A DNA stretch of 64,000 nucleotides from Gammaproteobacteria bacterium (GCA_963422205.2 CAXMWX010000005.1:448001-512000), one strand, 5' to 3'. Counted from the stretch's first letter, positions 35,998 through 47,426 are shown. Notes: generated by a model not told the origin, from the letters alone. Numbers and translations are program-made.

Positions 35998-38736
35998 TTA
36001 ACCCGTCCAGCCCAGCCCGGCGGACACGCAGTTGATCGAGAGTAACAAAGGAATCAGATCGTCTTGTTTTCCGGTCTCTCTGAAACGCCGCACCAGGGTC
36101 ACCTGTACCCGCCCGATCTCATGTAAAACACCGGCACGCCGGGCATATCGTCGATAAAAACGCTTGAAACGCCGGGCCAGCTCCTGATCGCCTGTGATGG
36201 CAAGGATGGCGGCCTTCGAGCGCTCATACTCAGCCAGTATCATGCACAGGACATCATCCCGTGCTGCTTTTGCGGCCAGCCCGGCATAGGCCTGCACCAC
36301 GGCAATATCCACACACGCCAGGGATTTTTCCGCCTCATCAATGATCAGCCGGAACAGGCGGTTATGCTCAAACAGCTCGGCAATCAGCGCCCTGCCCGGC
36401 TCGCCCCTGACCTTGATAAAGCTCTCTATGGCCGATCCCAGGCCGTACCAGGCCGGCACATGATGGCGATTCTGGGTCCAGGCAAACACCCAGGGAATTG
36501 CCCGCAGATCAGCCAGGGTTCTGGCACCAAAACGGCGGGCGGGTCGGGAGCCGATCTTCATTCTGGCCAACTCTTCCACCGGGCTGGCCGCATTGTAGTA
36601 ATGCAGCAGCCCGGCAAGCCCGGCAAACTGTCGATAGGCAGTATAGGCCAGGCTCGATAGGGCATCGAGGGCCTGCTCGTGTTCAGGTGTGATCCTTAAT
36701 GCGGCCTCATCCAGCGACTTGATGGTGTGTTCCAGCACGCTGGCCGCCAGCAGCTCCATTTGATACTGCGCGCTGCCGTGGTTGGCATACTTCGAAGAGA
36801 CGACCTCGCCCTGTTCGGTAAGGCGTAACCTGCCATTGACCGAGCCGGCCGGCTGGGCGGCAATCGCCCGACCGGTAGGCGCACCGCCCCGGCTGACCGA
36901 GCCCCCCCGACCATGAAAAAATACGATCGGTATCTTCGTCTGTTTGCTCACCTTGATGAGCTTCGCCTGTGCGCGCGATAACTCATAATTGGCGGTAAAA
37001 AAGCCGCCGTCCTTATTCGAATCCGAGTAGCCAATCATCACCTCCTGCACACCGTCCTGCTCCTTCAGCGAACGCCTGACCAGGGGAGTGTTGAGCAAGG
37101 CCAGCATGATCCGGGGGGCAGCACGCAGATCATCAATCGTCTCAAACAAGGGGATGATGGGTAAGCTGCATCGCTCAATCGCATCGGTGTCTGTGAACAG
37201 GCCGGCATATTTTGCCAGCAGATACACGCCCAGCACATCATATTCTGTGCGTGTCATGCTCAGGACAAACCCGCCAAAACTGTCTTTGCCCAGGCTCTTT
37301 TGACAATCGGCGATCAACAGCAACAAGCCCATCGTCGATGCCGCCTGCTTATCTTTCAGTGGCAGATGCGGTGGTTGTTGCCGGGGGGTGGTCAATTCAG
37401 CGTGCAGCCATTGCCGCCATTGCTCGCTCTGCTCATCCGGTGCCGGCGCGCCGTTATGCTGGTATTGCCAAATCGCCCGCAGGGTGTGATTGATGAGGGT
37501 GCTGTTCTCGCGTAAATCCAGCCTGACTGTGCAAAAACGAAACACCTCGGCCGCCCGATGCAGCGGTTGCACGTGGGCCTCGGCCAGTGCGGTGCAATCG
37601 GCGGCCATCAATGCCTGCCCCATCAGATCAAGATCATGAATAAACTCATCGGCACTCTTGTAAGCTGCACGGCTGACTGTTGATTTTTTCTCGGTTGCCT
37701 TTAAGCGCTCTTTGAGACACATCCCGTACTGCCGGAAAATCTCCCCGGGGTTGCGCTTTTGTATCCGGGCGGGGCGGCTGCTGTTTGCCAGCAATTCCTG
37801 AAGCCGCCGCATAAAAGATGCCGGCAAGGTGACGGCATGATCGGAGATACTTAATTGCTTGATCAGCACCTCCAGTCGCTGCTGATAATAGGTCAGCGCC
37901 CGGTTCCGGTTGGCGATTAAGGCATCACGGGTCACGGTATTGGTGACAAACGGATTGCCGTCCCGATCACCGCCTATCCATGAGCCAAAACGAAAAAAAT
38001 TCGGCAGCTTGAATTGCGTGTTCGGATACACCGTTGCCAGCGCCCAGGCCATTTTATCGAGCATCTCCGGCACCCGGTCAAACAGGGTCTGCTCAAAAAA
38101 GTGCAGCCCCCAGCGCACTTCATCGGCCACCGTGGGTTTATCCAGACGCAACTCTCCGGTCAGCCATAACAGATCGATCTCATTTCTTAATTGCCGGGTC
38201 AGCGCATCACGCTCCCTCGGCGTCCAGCGAGTGGCCTCCAGACGATACAAGAGGATATAGATGCGCCGGTGGATTTGTAATACGGTGATCCGCTTCGCCT
38301 CTGTTGGGTGGGCGGTTATCGTTGGCACAACACACAGCCGATCAAGCTGTTGTTGTATCTCATCTGCGGTCAGGCCCTTATCTTTTGCCTGTTGCAGGAC
38401 ATGGGCAAAGGTGCCTGGCACATGTGCGGGGCCTTGAGTCTTCTCAGTCACACGGCGCCGGCGCATGGCCGTGTTCTCCTCGGCGATATTCAGCAGTTGA
38501 AACCAAATCCCCCATGCCTGCAAGGCCGCCAGTAGCTGCTCTGTATTCTCATTGGTCAATGCCGTTTCACCGGTGAATACCGGCAGGATATCGGGCTGGC
38601 GTTGCGTGATCACCGCCACAAGCTCATCATGCAGCAAGGCCAGCAGGCCATCGGCATAATGGGCGGCGGCCTGGTCAACCTCGGCAGCGGCAAGCCGCTC
38701 TGGAAACTCAAAAGCCGATTGTGTTGTGCTGTCCAC
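35998..38736 (-). CDS. ppc: Phosphoenolpyruvate carboxylase
   Basis: TAHPTE, SWIGGDRDGNPFVT, VMIGYSDSNKDGG, FFHGRGGSVSRGG, LRAIPWVFAWTQ. Start taken at GTG 38736, just after the hprA stop. Confidence 0.95.
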   Translation of the reverse strand: MDSTTQSAFEFPERLAAAEVDQAAAHYADGLLALLHDELVAVITQRQPDILPVFTGETALTNENTEQLLAALQAWGIWFQLLNIAEENTAMRRRRVTEKTQGPAHVPGTFAHVLQQAKDKGLTADEIQQQLDRLCVVPTITAHPTEAKRITVLQIHRRIYILLYRLEATRWTPRERDALTRQLRNEIDLLWLTGELRLDKPTVADEVRWGLHFFEQTLFDRVPEMLDKMAWALATVYPNTQFKLPNFFRFGSWIGGDRDGNPFVTNTVTRDALIANRNRALTYYQQRLEVLIKQLSISDHAVTLPASFMRRLQELLANSSRPARIQKRNPGEIFRQYGMCLKERLKATEKKSTVSRAAYKSADEFIHDLDLMGQALMAADCTALAEAHVQPLHRAAEVFRFCTVRLDLRENSTLINHTLRAIWQYQHNGAPAPDEQSEQWRQWLHAELTTPRQQPPHLPLKDKQAASTMGLLLLIADCQKSLGKDSFGGFVLSMTRTEYDVLGVYLLAKYAGLFTDTDAIERCSLPIIPLFETIDDLRAAPRIMLALLNTPLVRRSLKEQDGVQEVMIGYSDSNKDGGFFTANYELSRAQAKLIKVSKQTKIPIVFFHGRGGSVSRGGAPTGRAIAAQPAGSVNGRLRLTEQGEVVSSKYANHGSAQYQMELLAASVLEHTIKSLDEAALRITPEHEQALDALSSLAYTAYRQFAGLAGLLHYYNAASPVEELARMKIGSRPARRFGARTLADLRAIPWVFAWTQNRHHVPAWYGLGSAIESFIKVRGEPGRALIAELFEHNRLFRLIIDEAEKSLACVDIAVVQAYAGLAAKAARDDVLCMILAEYERSKAAILAITGDQELARRFKRFYRRYARRAGVLHEIGRVQVTLVRRFRETGKQDDLIPLLLSINCVSAGLGWTG

Positions 38737-38752
38737 CAGGGCCGAAGATAAC

Positions 38753-39724
38753 TTACACCACGCCGTCCCTGACCGGCTCACCGGCGAAAAACAAGCGCAG
38801 ATTCTCCAGCACACGCATCCCCATCGCCACCCGGGTCTCGGTGGTGGCACTGCCAAGGTGCGGCAGCAACACCACATTATCCATCGCTAAAAAAGCAGCC
38901 GGCACATTGGGCTCACCCTCAAACACATCCAGTCCGGCACCGGCAATGGTGCCGTTGTTCAGCGCCTCGATCAGGGCCTCAGTATCAACCACATCCCCCC
39001 GTGCGCTGTTGATAAGGCAGGCAGAGTCTCTCATCAATGCCAGCCGCTCCCGGTTGATCAGATGCCGGGTTGCCGCACCGCCCGGACAATGCAGAGAAAC
39101 AAAATCCGCCTCTGCCAGCACGGCCTCAACGGATGGGTGCGCTTCGGCTTGCAGGTCATCGATAAGCGGCGCTGGCGGCGGGTGAGGATCGGTGAAGATG
39201 ATCCGCATCCCAAAGCCATGATGCGCCTTGTGTGCCATCGCTCGGGCAATCCGGCCCATGCCGATCAAACCCAGCGTCTTGCCGGTCACTTTGGTGCCCA
39301 GCATGTGAGTCGGACGCCAGCCAGTCCACGCCTTCTGCCGGACATGACGCTCGCCCTCGCCGGCACGACGGGCGGTCATCAGCAACAGGGTCATGGCGAT
39401 ATCGGCTGTGCAGTCGGTCAATACCTCAGGCGTGTTGGTAACGATCAGCCCGGCCGCCCTGGCAGCATCCAGATCAATGTGATTAAACCCGACGCCATAG
39501 CTGGCGATGATCTTCACCGTTGCCTCACTCACGTTGAGAATATCAGCGCTGATATCATCTGAGACTGTCGGACAAAGCGCATCGGCAGAGCGCATCGCCT
39601 GCTGCATCTGCGCTGTGGTCATGGGGACATCAGCCGCATTAAGCTGTACCTCAAACTGCTCTTTCAACCTGGCTTCGACCTGCCCTGGCCACTTGCGCGT
39701 CACCACCACCTTGGGTTTACTCAT
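38753..39724 (-). CDS. hprA: Hydroxypyruvate reductase / D-glycerate dehydrogenase
   Basis: D-2-hydroxyacid dehydrogenase motifs GMGRIA, INSARG, LDVFEGEP, LPHLGSAT; serine-cycle context. Confidence 0.8.
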   Translation of the reverse strand: MSKPKVVVTRKWPGQVEARLKEQFEVQLNAADVPMTTAQMQQAMRSADALCPTVSDDISADILNVSEATVKIIASYGVGFNHIDLDAARAAGLIVTNTPEVLTDCTADIAMTLLLMTARRAGEGERHVRQKAWTGWRPTHMLGTKVTGKTLGLIGMGRIARAMAHKAHHGFGMRIIFTDPHPPPAPLIDDLQAEAHPSVEAVLAEADFVSLHCPGGAATRHLINRERLALMRDSACLINSARGDVVDTEALIEALNNGTIAGAGLDVFEGEPNVPAAFLAMDNVVLLPHLGSATTETRVAMGMRVLENLRLFFAGEPVRDGVV

Positions 39725-39822
39725 ATCTTGTTACTCCGCCTCTCTCATTAACCGGATAAAGTTACCGCACGTGCAGGCATGGATTTAAGGACGCACCGAC
39801 AAGACACACCCCGGCCAGCCAG

Positions 39823-40719
39823 TTATCTTCCCGCCGCCCTCTCCAACATGCGTGTTACTGCATCGGCAAACTCTGATGGGCTGGGTACAACAGCCACCCC
39901 GCACTCCTGCAAAATTTCCACCTTCTCGGCCGCACTCTCACCAAAGGCAGAGATAATCGCCCCGGCATGGCCCATCCGGCGGCCCTTGGGTGCGGTCAGC
40001 CCGGCGATATAGCCCAGCACGGGCGTCTGCATGTTGTCCTGGTAGAATTTTGCCGCTTCAGCCTCTTGCGAGCCACCGATCTCCCCAATCATGATCACCG
40101 CATGGGTCTCAGGGTCTGCCTCAAAGCGTACCAGGTGATCCTTGAACGAGGAGCCATTGATCGGATCGCCGCCGATCCCGACGCTGGTTGAAACACCGAT
40201 CCCCACGGCCTGTAACTGCGATGCCGCCTCATAGCCCAGGGTGCCTGAACGACCGATGATGCCGACATGGCCGGGCAGGTAAATGTGTCCGGGCATGATG
40301 CCCATCATCGCCTTGCCCGGGCTGATCGTGCCAGCACAGTTCGGGCCGGTTAATACCATCTTCTCATCTGCCCGATAGCGGCGCATGTAGCGCTTGACCC
40401 GGATCATGTCATGGGCGGGAATCCCATCGGTGATACAGACGCAGTATTTAATGCCGGCATCGGCGGCCTCCATGATGCCGTCAGCGGCAAACGGGGGCGG
40501 TATAAAGATCACGCTGGCGCTGGCGCCAGTTGCATCGACCGCCGCCTTCATCGTATCAAACACCGGACGCCCCAGATGGGTCGTGCCGCCTTTGCCCGGC
40601 GTGACACCGCCGACAACCTGCGTGCCATAGCGGATCATCTCCTCGGCATGGAAGGAGCCGATCTGCCCGGTGAAGCCCTGTATCAGCACGCGGGTCTCTT
40701 CATGTAATAAAATCGCCAT
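39823..40719 (-). CDS. mtkB: Malate-CoA ligase (malate thiokinase) alpha subunit, SucD-like
   Basis: GGVTPGKGG, GPNCAG, RSGTLGYE, GRRMGHAGA; adjacent to mcl, ppc and sga. Confidence 0.82.
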   Translation of the reverse strand: MAILLHEETRVLIQGFTGQIGSFHAEEMIRYGTQVVGGVTPGKGGTTHLGRPVFDTMKAAVDATGASASVIFIPPPFAADGIMEAADAGIKYCVCITDGIPAHDMIRVKRYMRRYRADEKMVLTGPNCAGTISPGKAMMGIMPGHIYLPGHVGIIGRSGTLGYEAASQLQAVGIGVSTSVGIGGDPINGSSFKDHLVRFEADPETHAVIMIGEIGGSQEAEAAKFYQDNMQTPVLGYIAGLTAPKGRRMGHAGAIISAFGESAAEKVEILQECGVAVVPSPSEFADAVTRMLERAAGR

Positions 40720-40730
40720 CTGTCTCTCTC

Positions 40731-41912
40731 CTATCCGCAATCTGCGGTATAGCTGCGCCAAGCGGCAACGGCCTTCTCTGCCGCCTCACGCAAGGTGGCC
40801 GCGGTGATAATCGGCAAACCGCTTTGCCGGATGATCTCCCGACCCGCATCAACATGGGTGCCGGCCAGCCTGACCACCAGCGGCAAATCGAGATCAAGCT
40901 GCTTGACGGCCTGGGTAATGCCCTCGGCCACCCAGTCACACCGATTGATGCCGGCAAAGATATTCACCAGCATGGTCTTGACCCGCTCATCAGATAACAC
41001 CAGATGAAACGCCTTGGCCACCCGCTCTGGAGAAGCACCGCCGCCGATGTCAAGAAAATTGGCCGGTTCGCCGCCCGCCTGTTTGATCATATCCATGGTC
41101 GCCATCGCCAGACCGGCACCGTTAATGATGCAGCCGATACCGCCATCAAGACCGACATAGCTCAAGCCGCGATCAGCCGCCTTCATTTCTCTGGCATCTT
41201 CCTGGGATTTATCACGCAGCTCGGAAATACCCGGACGGCGAAACAGGGCATTATCATCAAACGCCATCTTCGCATCCAGCGCCAGCAGATGATCATCCGC
41301 TGTCACGACCAGGGGATTGATCTCTACCATGGTGGCATCCAGATCACGAAAAGCGCGGTAGCAGCCCAGCAATGCGGTCACCGCCTGGCTGATCAAGGTC
41401 TTGCTGATACCCAGCTTGAATGCTATCTCCCGAGCCTGGAAGGGCTGCATACCCACGGCCGGCTCTACCGCAACCCGAATGATGGATTCAGGTTTCTCCA
41501 CGGCTATCTGCTCGATCTCCATGCCGCCCTCCGGCGAGGCCACCACGGCGATGCGCTCCTGCTCCCGGTCCAGCACAAAACCGATGTAATACTCCCGGGC
41601 AATATCACTGGCCGCCTCAACATACAGGCGATGCACCACCTTGCCGGCCGCACCGGTCTGGTGGGTGACCAGACGCCTGCCCAGCAGGCTGTCGGCCGCC
41701 TGCCAGATCGCCTCATCATCGCTGCACACTTTAATGCCACCGGCCTGACCTCTGGCACCGGAATGTATCTGTGCCTTGACCACCCAGCGCTCGCCACCTA
41801 TCTCCTGGGTTCTGTACACCGCCTGCTCCGGGCTATAGGCCAACCCGCCCCTCGGGATCGGCACCCCGAAATCCGCCAGGATTTCTTTTGCCTGATACTC
41901 ATGTATGTCCAT
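40731..41912 (-). CDS. mtkA: Malate-CoA ligase beta subunit, SucC-like
   Basis: [46 protein letters not shown]. Confidence 0.85.
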   Translation of the reverse strand: MDIHEYQAKEILADFGVPIPRGGLAYSPEQAVYRTQEIGGERWVVKAQIHSGARGQAGGIKVCSDDEAIWQAADSLLGRRLVTHQTGAAGKVVHRLYVEAASDIAREYYIGFVLDREQERIAVVASPEGGMEIEQIAVEKPESIIRVAVEPAVGMQPFQAREIAFKLGISKTLISQAVTALLGCYRAFRDLDATMVEINPLVVTADDHLLALDAKMAFDDNALFRRPGISELRDKSQEDAREMKAADRGLSYVGLDGGIGCIINGAGLAMATMDMIKQAGGEPANFLDIGGGASPERVAKAFHLVLSDERVKTMLVNIFAGINRCDWVAEGITQAVKQLDLDLPLVVRLAGTHVDAGREIIRQSGLPIITAATLREAAEKAVAAWRSYTADCG

Positions 41913-41950
41913 CGTCACCTACCTCAATCGTGTCATGCGTAAATCAATCA

Positions 41951-42916
41951 TCAGCCGTCCCCGTCCGGGCTTTTGCAAGCAATCAATTCCGCCTGCCTGA
42001 CGATATTTCTGGCCATGCGTTCAGAGGCCGCATCGATCATCTTGCCATCGAGTTGCGCTGCCCCCTTGCCCGCCTGTGCGGCCTGCTCCAGGGCGATGAG
42101 CACGCGTTTTGCCCGCTCCACCTCCGCTTCAGGGGGTGACATGATGGCATTGGCCAGGGCGATCTGGTTCGGGTGTATGGCCCACTTGCCCTCATAGCCC
42201 AGCGCAGCAACCCGGCGTGCCGCCTCGCCATAAGCATCGGGATCATTGAAATCACCAAACGGGCCGTCAATCGCTCTCAGGCCGAAGGCGCGGCAAGCCG
42301 TCACCATGTTGACCAGGGCGGCATGCCATTGATCGGCCAGTGCGCCAGCACATTGATAGTCCGGGTTCAAACCGCCGATGTTCGTGGTGCGGGCACGCAT
42401 ACTGGCGGCATAATCGGCAACACCAAAATGCAGGGCTTCAAGCCGGCGGCTGGCCTGTGCGATAGCCATCACATTGGCACCACCCAGGGCCGTCTCGATC
42501 AGGCATTCAATCCCGATACGATGTGACAGGCCCCTGGCGGCTTCGATCTGTGAGAGCAGGCAGTCCACCATGTAGACATCTGCCGCCGTGCCCACCTTGG
42601 GGATCAGCACGGTGTGCAGCTTGGCCCCGGCCTGCTCGACAATATCCACCATATCTTTATACATATACGATGTGTCCAGACCATTGATACGCACCGACAG
42701 GGTCTTGCCCTGCCAGTCGATCTCATGTAATGCCTGGATAATATTTCGCCTCGCCTGCGGCTTGTCATCGGGAATGACGGCATCCTCGCAATCCAGAAAA
42801 ATATAATCGGCGGCACTGGCGGCGGCCTTCTCGAACATATCGGGGCTGGATCCCGGCACGGCCAGCTCGCTGCGTTGCAGTCGAACGGTGGCTTGTTGGT
42901 ATTGTGTGAAGCTCAT
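41951..42916 (-). CDS. mcl: Malyl-CoA lyase (CitE/HpcH family)
   Basis: RLQRSELAVPGS, FLDCEDAV, LHFGVADYAAS, IDGPFGDF, EGKWAIHP. Confidence 0.88.
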   Translation of the reverse strand: MSFTQYQQATVRLQRSELAVPGSSPDMFEKAAASAADYIFLDCEDAVIPDDKPQARRNIIQALHEIDWQGKTLSVRINGLDTSYMYKDMVDIVEQAGAKLHTVLIPKVGTAADVYMVDCLLSQIEAARGLSHRIGIECLIETALGGANVMAIAQASRRLEALHFGVADYAASMRARTTNIGGLNPDYQCAGALADQWHAALVNMVTACRAFGLRAIDGPFGDFNDPDAYGEAARRVAALGYEGKWAIHPNQIALANAIMSPPEAEVERAKRVLIALEQAAQAGKGAAQLDGKMIDAASERMARNIVRQAELIACKSPDGDG

Positions 42917-43019
42917 GATGACTCCTTAACCGGCCACAAAGGGCGTGCGATCAATCCCCGACATCTGCTGCTGGCAGGCGCTATTAATCCTGGCTGGCCT
43001 CGCTGACCCGGGCTGATCC

Positions 43020-44198
43020 TCACAGCCGGGCCTTGCGGGTGCTGCACAGATAATTCTGGGCGGCGGCCACGCCACTGCCCAGTGTAATATCAATGCCGAG
43101 ATCCTGCATGGCCATTTCCGCCCCGGTGATAGGCGTTAAGACCATCAACTCATTCAAATCGCCCAGATGGCCGATGCGAAATGCCTGCCCGGCGATCTTG
43201 CCCAGGCTGATCGACAGGGCCAGGTTGTAATACTTATAGGCATGTCTGGCCACTTCATTCCCATCAAAGCCGTCCGGTACACGCACCGCACTGACTGTAT
43301 CGGAACAGGCCTCCTCATGCCGGGCAACCAGCTTCAGGCCCCAGGCGGCCACGGCCTTGCGTACCGCCGTTGCCATACGGGTATGACGGGCAAACACATT
43401 CTCCAGCCCCTCTTCCAGCAGCATATCGACCGACTCCCGCAAGCCACGCAGAAAAATCGTATTCGGAGTATAGGGGAAAAAACCGTTATCGTTGGCCGCT
43501 ATCATGTCATCAAAGGCGAAGAAGGTACGTGGCAGGGAAGCGGACTCACGGGCGGCCAGGGCTTTTTCACTCACCGCCACGATTCCTAAGCCAGTGGGCA
43601 ACATAAACCCTTTCTGTGAACCACTGACGCACACATCCACGCCCCACTCGTCCATACGAAAATCCAGACTGGCGACCGAGCTGACCCCATCGACCATCAG
43701 CAGGGCCGGATGATCAGCGGCATCCAGCGCCTGGCGGACGCCAGCAATGTCACTTTTCACCCCCGTGGCTGTCTCGTTGTGAGTCGCAAACACGGCCTTG
43801 ATTTCCTTGTTGGTATCGGCTTTTAGAATATCGGCATACCGGGCAACCGGTACGCCCTCCCCCCAATCCACCTCAATGGCATTCACGTTAAGGCCGTGGC
43901 GCTGACACATATCCACCCACAGCCAGCTAAACTGGCCGAAGTGAGACATCAATACCTTATCGCCAGGCGATAAGGTATTGCTGATGGCCGCCTCCCAGCC
44001 ACCCGTGCCTGAAGCCGGAAAAATAAACACACGGCCGGCTGTTGTCTTGAATATTTTTTTCAGATCGGCGAACAAAGGCAGGGTAAACGCCGGGAAGTCC
44101 AGCGCCCGCATATCCTCCTGCTCCACTGCCATGGCATTGCGGATGCGTTGCGGGGTGATGGTGGGGCCTGGAATATATAAAAAATTACGTCCAGCCAT
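43020..44198 (-). CDS. sga: Serine-glyoxylate aminotransferase (class V PLP enzyme)
   Basis: MAGRNFLYIPGPT, SGTGGWEAA, HNETATGV, SGSQKGFMLP, FRIGHLG; AGGAG RBS upstream of the ATG at 44198. Confidence 0.88.
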   Translation of the reverse strand: MAGRNFLYIPGPTITPQRIRNAMAVEQEDMRALDFPAFTLPLFADLKKIFKTTAGRVFIFPASGTGGWEAAISNTLSPGDKVLMSHFGQFSWLWVDMCQRHGLNVNAIEVDWGEGVPVARYADILKADTNKEIKAVFATHNETATGVKSDIAGVRQALDAADHPALLMVDGVSSVASLDFRMDEWGVDVCVSGSQKGFMLPTGLGIVAVSEKALAARESASLPRTFFAFDDMIAANDNGFFPYTPNTIFLRGLRESVDMLLEEGLENVFARHTRMATAVRKAVAAWGLKLVARHEEACSDTVSAVRVPDGFDGNEVARHAYKYYNLALSISLGKIAGQAFRIGHLGDLNELMVLTPITGAEMAMQDLGIDITLGSGVAAAQNYLCSTRKARL

Positions 44199-44579
44199 AA
44201 CGGATCTCCTGAAGTTTTTATGATGAGGAAATATTATCGACGGCTGTGTGTAGCGGCGACCATCACAACCGTTGGCTCTGTGCCGGCAGCAGCAACGATA
44301 GTTCAACAATGACGCTGCTGTGCCTTCGCCCAAAGACAGATGAATGCGGATTTATATGGATTAAGCGCAGGTGCCTGATACGTGCCCGGAAAAATGCTTG
44401 GGAAAATGCCTGGGCGGTGAGCTTGAGCCCCCTTACATTAAAGAGACAATAAAGAACGTCCTGACTGGAACGCACGGACGGCTTCCCGATACCAGCGCAT
44501 TCGTATAACCATATATCCCGGCCGATCTTATACCACAGGCGCATGAAAAAAATCCACCACTTATTGCTTGCTCTGTCAT

Positions 44580-45770
44580 CTATTGCGCCAGACCTTTATC
44601 CAAATCGGCAATCAAATCAGCCACATCCTCATGCCCCACAGACAGACGAATCAGGTTTGGCCGGATCCCGACTGCCTGTTTTTGTTCATCGCTCAGCCTG
44701 TGGTGCGTGGTGCTGGCCGGGTGGGTAATCGTGCTTTTGGTATCACCCAGGTTGGCGGTGATGGAGAACAATTCCGTATGATCAATCACCCGAAAGGCGG
44801 CGGCCTGCCCGCCCTTCACCTGAAAACTCAACACACCACCGAAGCCTGTCTGTTGTCTGCACGCCAGCGCATGTTGCGGATGGCTGGGTAGACCGGGATA
44901 GAAGACGGTTTCCACCGCTGGCTGTGCCGCCAACCAGTCCGCCAGTGTCAGTGCATTATCACAATGCGCCTGCATACGGAGCTTTAATGTCTCCAGCCCC
45001 TTGAGAAATACCCAGGCATTGAACGGGCTCATGGCCGGGCCGGCGGTACGCAGAAAGCCGAACACATCCTCGCCGAGCAACGCTTCCTGGCCGATAATGC
45101 CGCCACCCACACAGCGCCCCTGACCATCCAGATACTTGGTCGCCGAATGGATGATGAGATCAGCACCCAGCGCCAATGGCCGTTGTAACGCCGGCGTACA
45201 GAAACAGTTATCGACTGCCAGCAAGGCATCGTTTGCATGTGCCAACTCCGCCAATGCGGCGATATCGGCGAGCTCGGTCAGCGGGTTTGAGGGGGTCTCA
45301 AGAAACAACAGCCGGGTGTTGCTCTGGATGGCCTCTGCCCAGGCGGCCATATCGGTCAGGGGGATGAAGCTGGTCGTGATGCCAAACTTCGATAAAATAT
45401 TCTGCAATAGCCCGACAGTCGTGCCAAAGATGCTGCTGGAAGCGACAATATGATCGCCGGATCGGAGCAAGCCCATGCACATGCTCAAGATAGCACTCAT
45501 GCCTGAAGCGGTGGCGATGCAGCGCTCGCCGCCTTCCAGCGCCGCTAACCGCTGCTCAAACATGCCTACGGTGGGATTGGTGAAGCGGGAGTAGATGTTG
45601 CCGGCCTCATCACCGGCAAAGCGCGCCGCCGCTTCGGCCGCACTGGTGAAGGTAAAACTTGAACTCAAGAACAACGCCTCGCTGTTCTCGCCCTCAGGGG
45701 TACGCTGCTGCCCGGCACGTACTGCCAGGGTATCCGGCCGATATTTCTCTGGGTCAATTTTAACCATCAT
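44580..45770 (-). CDS. metZ: O-succinylhomoserine sulfhydrylase
   Basis: YSRFTNPTV, ASGMSAI, ETPSNP, HSATKYLDGQGR, ANLGDTKS; SAM riboswitch upstream. Confidence 0.92.
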   Translation of the reverse strand: MMVKIDPEKYRPDTLAVRAGQQRTPEGENSEALFLSSSFTFTSAAEAAARFAGDEAGNIYSRFTNPTVGMFEQRLAALEGGERCIATASGMSAILSMCMGLLRSGDHIVASSSIFGTTVGLLQNILSKFGITTSFIPLTDMAAWAEAIQSNTRLLFLETPSNPLTELADIAALAELAHANDALLAVDNCFCTPALQRPLALGADLIIHSATKYLDGQGRCVGGGIIGQEALLGEDVFGFLRTAGPAMSPFNAWVFLKGLETLKLRMQAHCDNALTLADWLAAQPAVETVFYPGLPSHPQHALACRQQTGFGGVLSFQVKGGQAAAFRVIDHTELFSITANLGDTKSTITHPASTTHHRLSDEQKQAVGIRPNLIRLSVGHEDVADLIADLDKGLAQ

Positions 45771-45866
45771 CCTGCTCTCATCCAAGGTTGTTCAGCATGT
45801 GCATCAAGTTAAGTCAACCTGATGCTGCTGCCGGCTGATGCAGGTGATAAGCGCCATTTTAGAGAT

Positions 45867-45904
45867 GAGAAAACCTGCATTCAGCTTGGGTGGCAGAGCA
45901 GGTT
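45867..45904 (-). terminator. Putative intrinsic terminator forming the riboswitch expression platform
   Basis: Minus strand AACCTGC-N19-GCAGGTT followed by TTCTC, immediately 3' of the aptamer. Confidence 0.5.
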
Positions 45905-45960
45905 GACCCGCTTTAGCCGTATTTATAATGCGCCCGCAAGCTAAAGATCAAATCGGCGCT
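45905..45960 (-). ncRNA. SAM-II-type riboswitch aptamer
   Basis: Minus strand AGCGCCGAUUUGAUCUUUAGCUUGCGGGCGCAUUAUAAAUACGGCUAAAGCGGGUC matches the SAM-II pattern GCGC-GAUUU...UUGC..GCGC...AUAAAU...GCUAAA...GGG; upstream of metZ. Confidence 0.8.
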
Positions 45961-46115
45961 GATAGCCCTGATACCGTAGTCAAATAATCACGTTATGTCA
46001 ATCACATAAACAGCCGGTATCATGCTATTCTAGGCGGGTGCAGGCAGCCAGGTGCCGTGCTGTGACAAGCCAGGTACGCACCGGGCAGCGATGAATCATG
46101 GTAAGGAGAAGCAAA

Positions 46116-47411
46116 GTGAGCATGCATATCACAGCGCCCGCTGAAGGGGCGAAGATCACCCTGGACAAGGGCAGGCTGCAAGTCCCGGCCAATCCGATCA
46201 TTCCCTTCATAGAGGGCGATGGTATTGGTGCGGATATCTCCCGTGCAACCTATGCCGTGCTGGATGCCGCCGTGGAAAAAGCCTATGGCGGTGAGCGCAA
46301 GATACACTGGCTGGAGATCTATGCCGGTGAGAAGGCCAACCGCCTGGCTGGCTCCTGGCTGCCCGATGAGTCGGTGGCGGCCTGCCGGGATTATCTGGTG
46401 GCCATCAAGGGGCCGCTGACCACGCCCATCGGCGGTGGTATTCGCTCGCTGAATGTGGCCTTGCGGCAGATTCTTGATCTGTATGTGTGCCTGCGCCCGG
46501 TGCGCTGGTTCCATGGCGTGCCCTCGCCAACGAGAAACCCGCAAGCCGTGGACATGGTCATATTTCGTGAAAACACCGAGGACATTTATGCTGGCGTTGA
46601 ATTTGAGCAAGGCTCAGAGCAGGCCGCCCGGTTTCTCAAGCTGTTCAAAGACGCCTTCCCCAGCGATTTTAACAAGATTCGCTTTCCGGATACCTCGGGT
46701 ATCGGCATCAAACCGGTCTCCAGGGAAGGCACGGGGCGGCTGGTCAGGGCGGCGGTTCGTTATGCCATCAATAATGGGCGTAAACGGGTGACCTTCGTAC
46801 ACAAGGGCAATATCATGAAGTTTACCGAGGGGGCGTTTCGTAACTGGGGCTATGCAATCGCCGATGGTGAGTTTGCCGGGCAGACCTACAGCTGGGAGCG
46901 ATGGGAGAGAACCGCCGCTGAGGCCGGTAATGAGGCGGCCAACAAGGAACAGGCGGCGGCCCTGGCCGAGGGCCGGATTCTGGTGAACGATACGATCGCC
47001 GATATTACCCTGCAACAGGTGCTCACCCGACCGGAAGAATTTGATGTCATTGCCACCATGAACCTAAATGGCGATTATCTGTCGGATGCGCTCGCCGCCC
47101 AGGTGGGGGGGATCGGCATCGCCCCGGGCGGCAATATCAACTATGACACCGGCCATGCCATCTTTGAGGCAACCCACGGCACGGCCCCCAAGTACGCCAA
47201 CCTTGACAAGGTCAATCCTGGCTCGCTGATCTTATCTGGCGAGATGATGTTGCGTTACATGGGCTGGACTGAGGCCGCTGATCTGATCATCAACAGCATG
47301 GATAAAACCATCGGCCAGCAGACCGTGACCTATGATTTTGCCCGGCTGATGGACGGGGCAAATGAAGTCAAGTGCAGTGAATTTGGCAACGCACTCATCG
47401 GTAATATGTAG
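46116..47411 (+). CDS. icd: NADP-dependent isocitrate dehydrogenase
   Basis: [27 protein letters not shown] (phosphorylatable Ser), [30 protein letters not shown]; AAGGAG RBS before GTG 46116. Confidence 0.95.
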   Translation: MSMHITAPAEGAKITLDKGRLQVPANPIIPFIEGDGIGADISRATYAVLDAAVEKAYGGERKIHWLEIYAGEKANRLAGSWLPDESVAACRDYLVAIKGPLTTPIGGGIRSLNVALRQILDLYVCLRPVRWFHGVPSPTRNPQAVDMVIFRENTEDIYAGVEFEQGSEQAARFLKLFKDAFPSDFNKIRFPDTSGIGIKPVSREGTGRLVRAAVRYAINNGRKRVTFVHKGNIMKFTEGAFRNWGYAIADGEFAGQTYSWERWERTAAEAGNEAANKEQAAALAEGRILVNDTIADITLQQVLTRPEEFDVIATMNLNGDYLSDALAAQVGGIGIAPGGNINYDTGHAIFEATHGTAPKYANLDKVNPGSLILSGEMMLRYMGWTEAADLIINSMDKTIGQQTVTYDFARLMDGANEVKCSEFGNALIGNM

Positions 47412-47426
47412 CCTTGTCGGGGCAAG

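Noticed and set aside
39823-41912. Annotation as TCA-cycle sucCD
   Set aside because: Position among sga, mcl, hprA and ppc and the [11 protein letters not shown] motif favour malate thiokinase; a phylogeny would settle it.
44199-44579. Possible glycine riboswitch upstream of sga
   Set aside because: The conserved GGAGA...CCGAAG...CUCUCAGG elements were not found.
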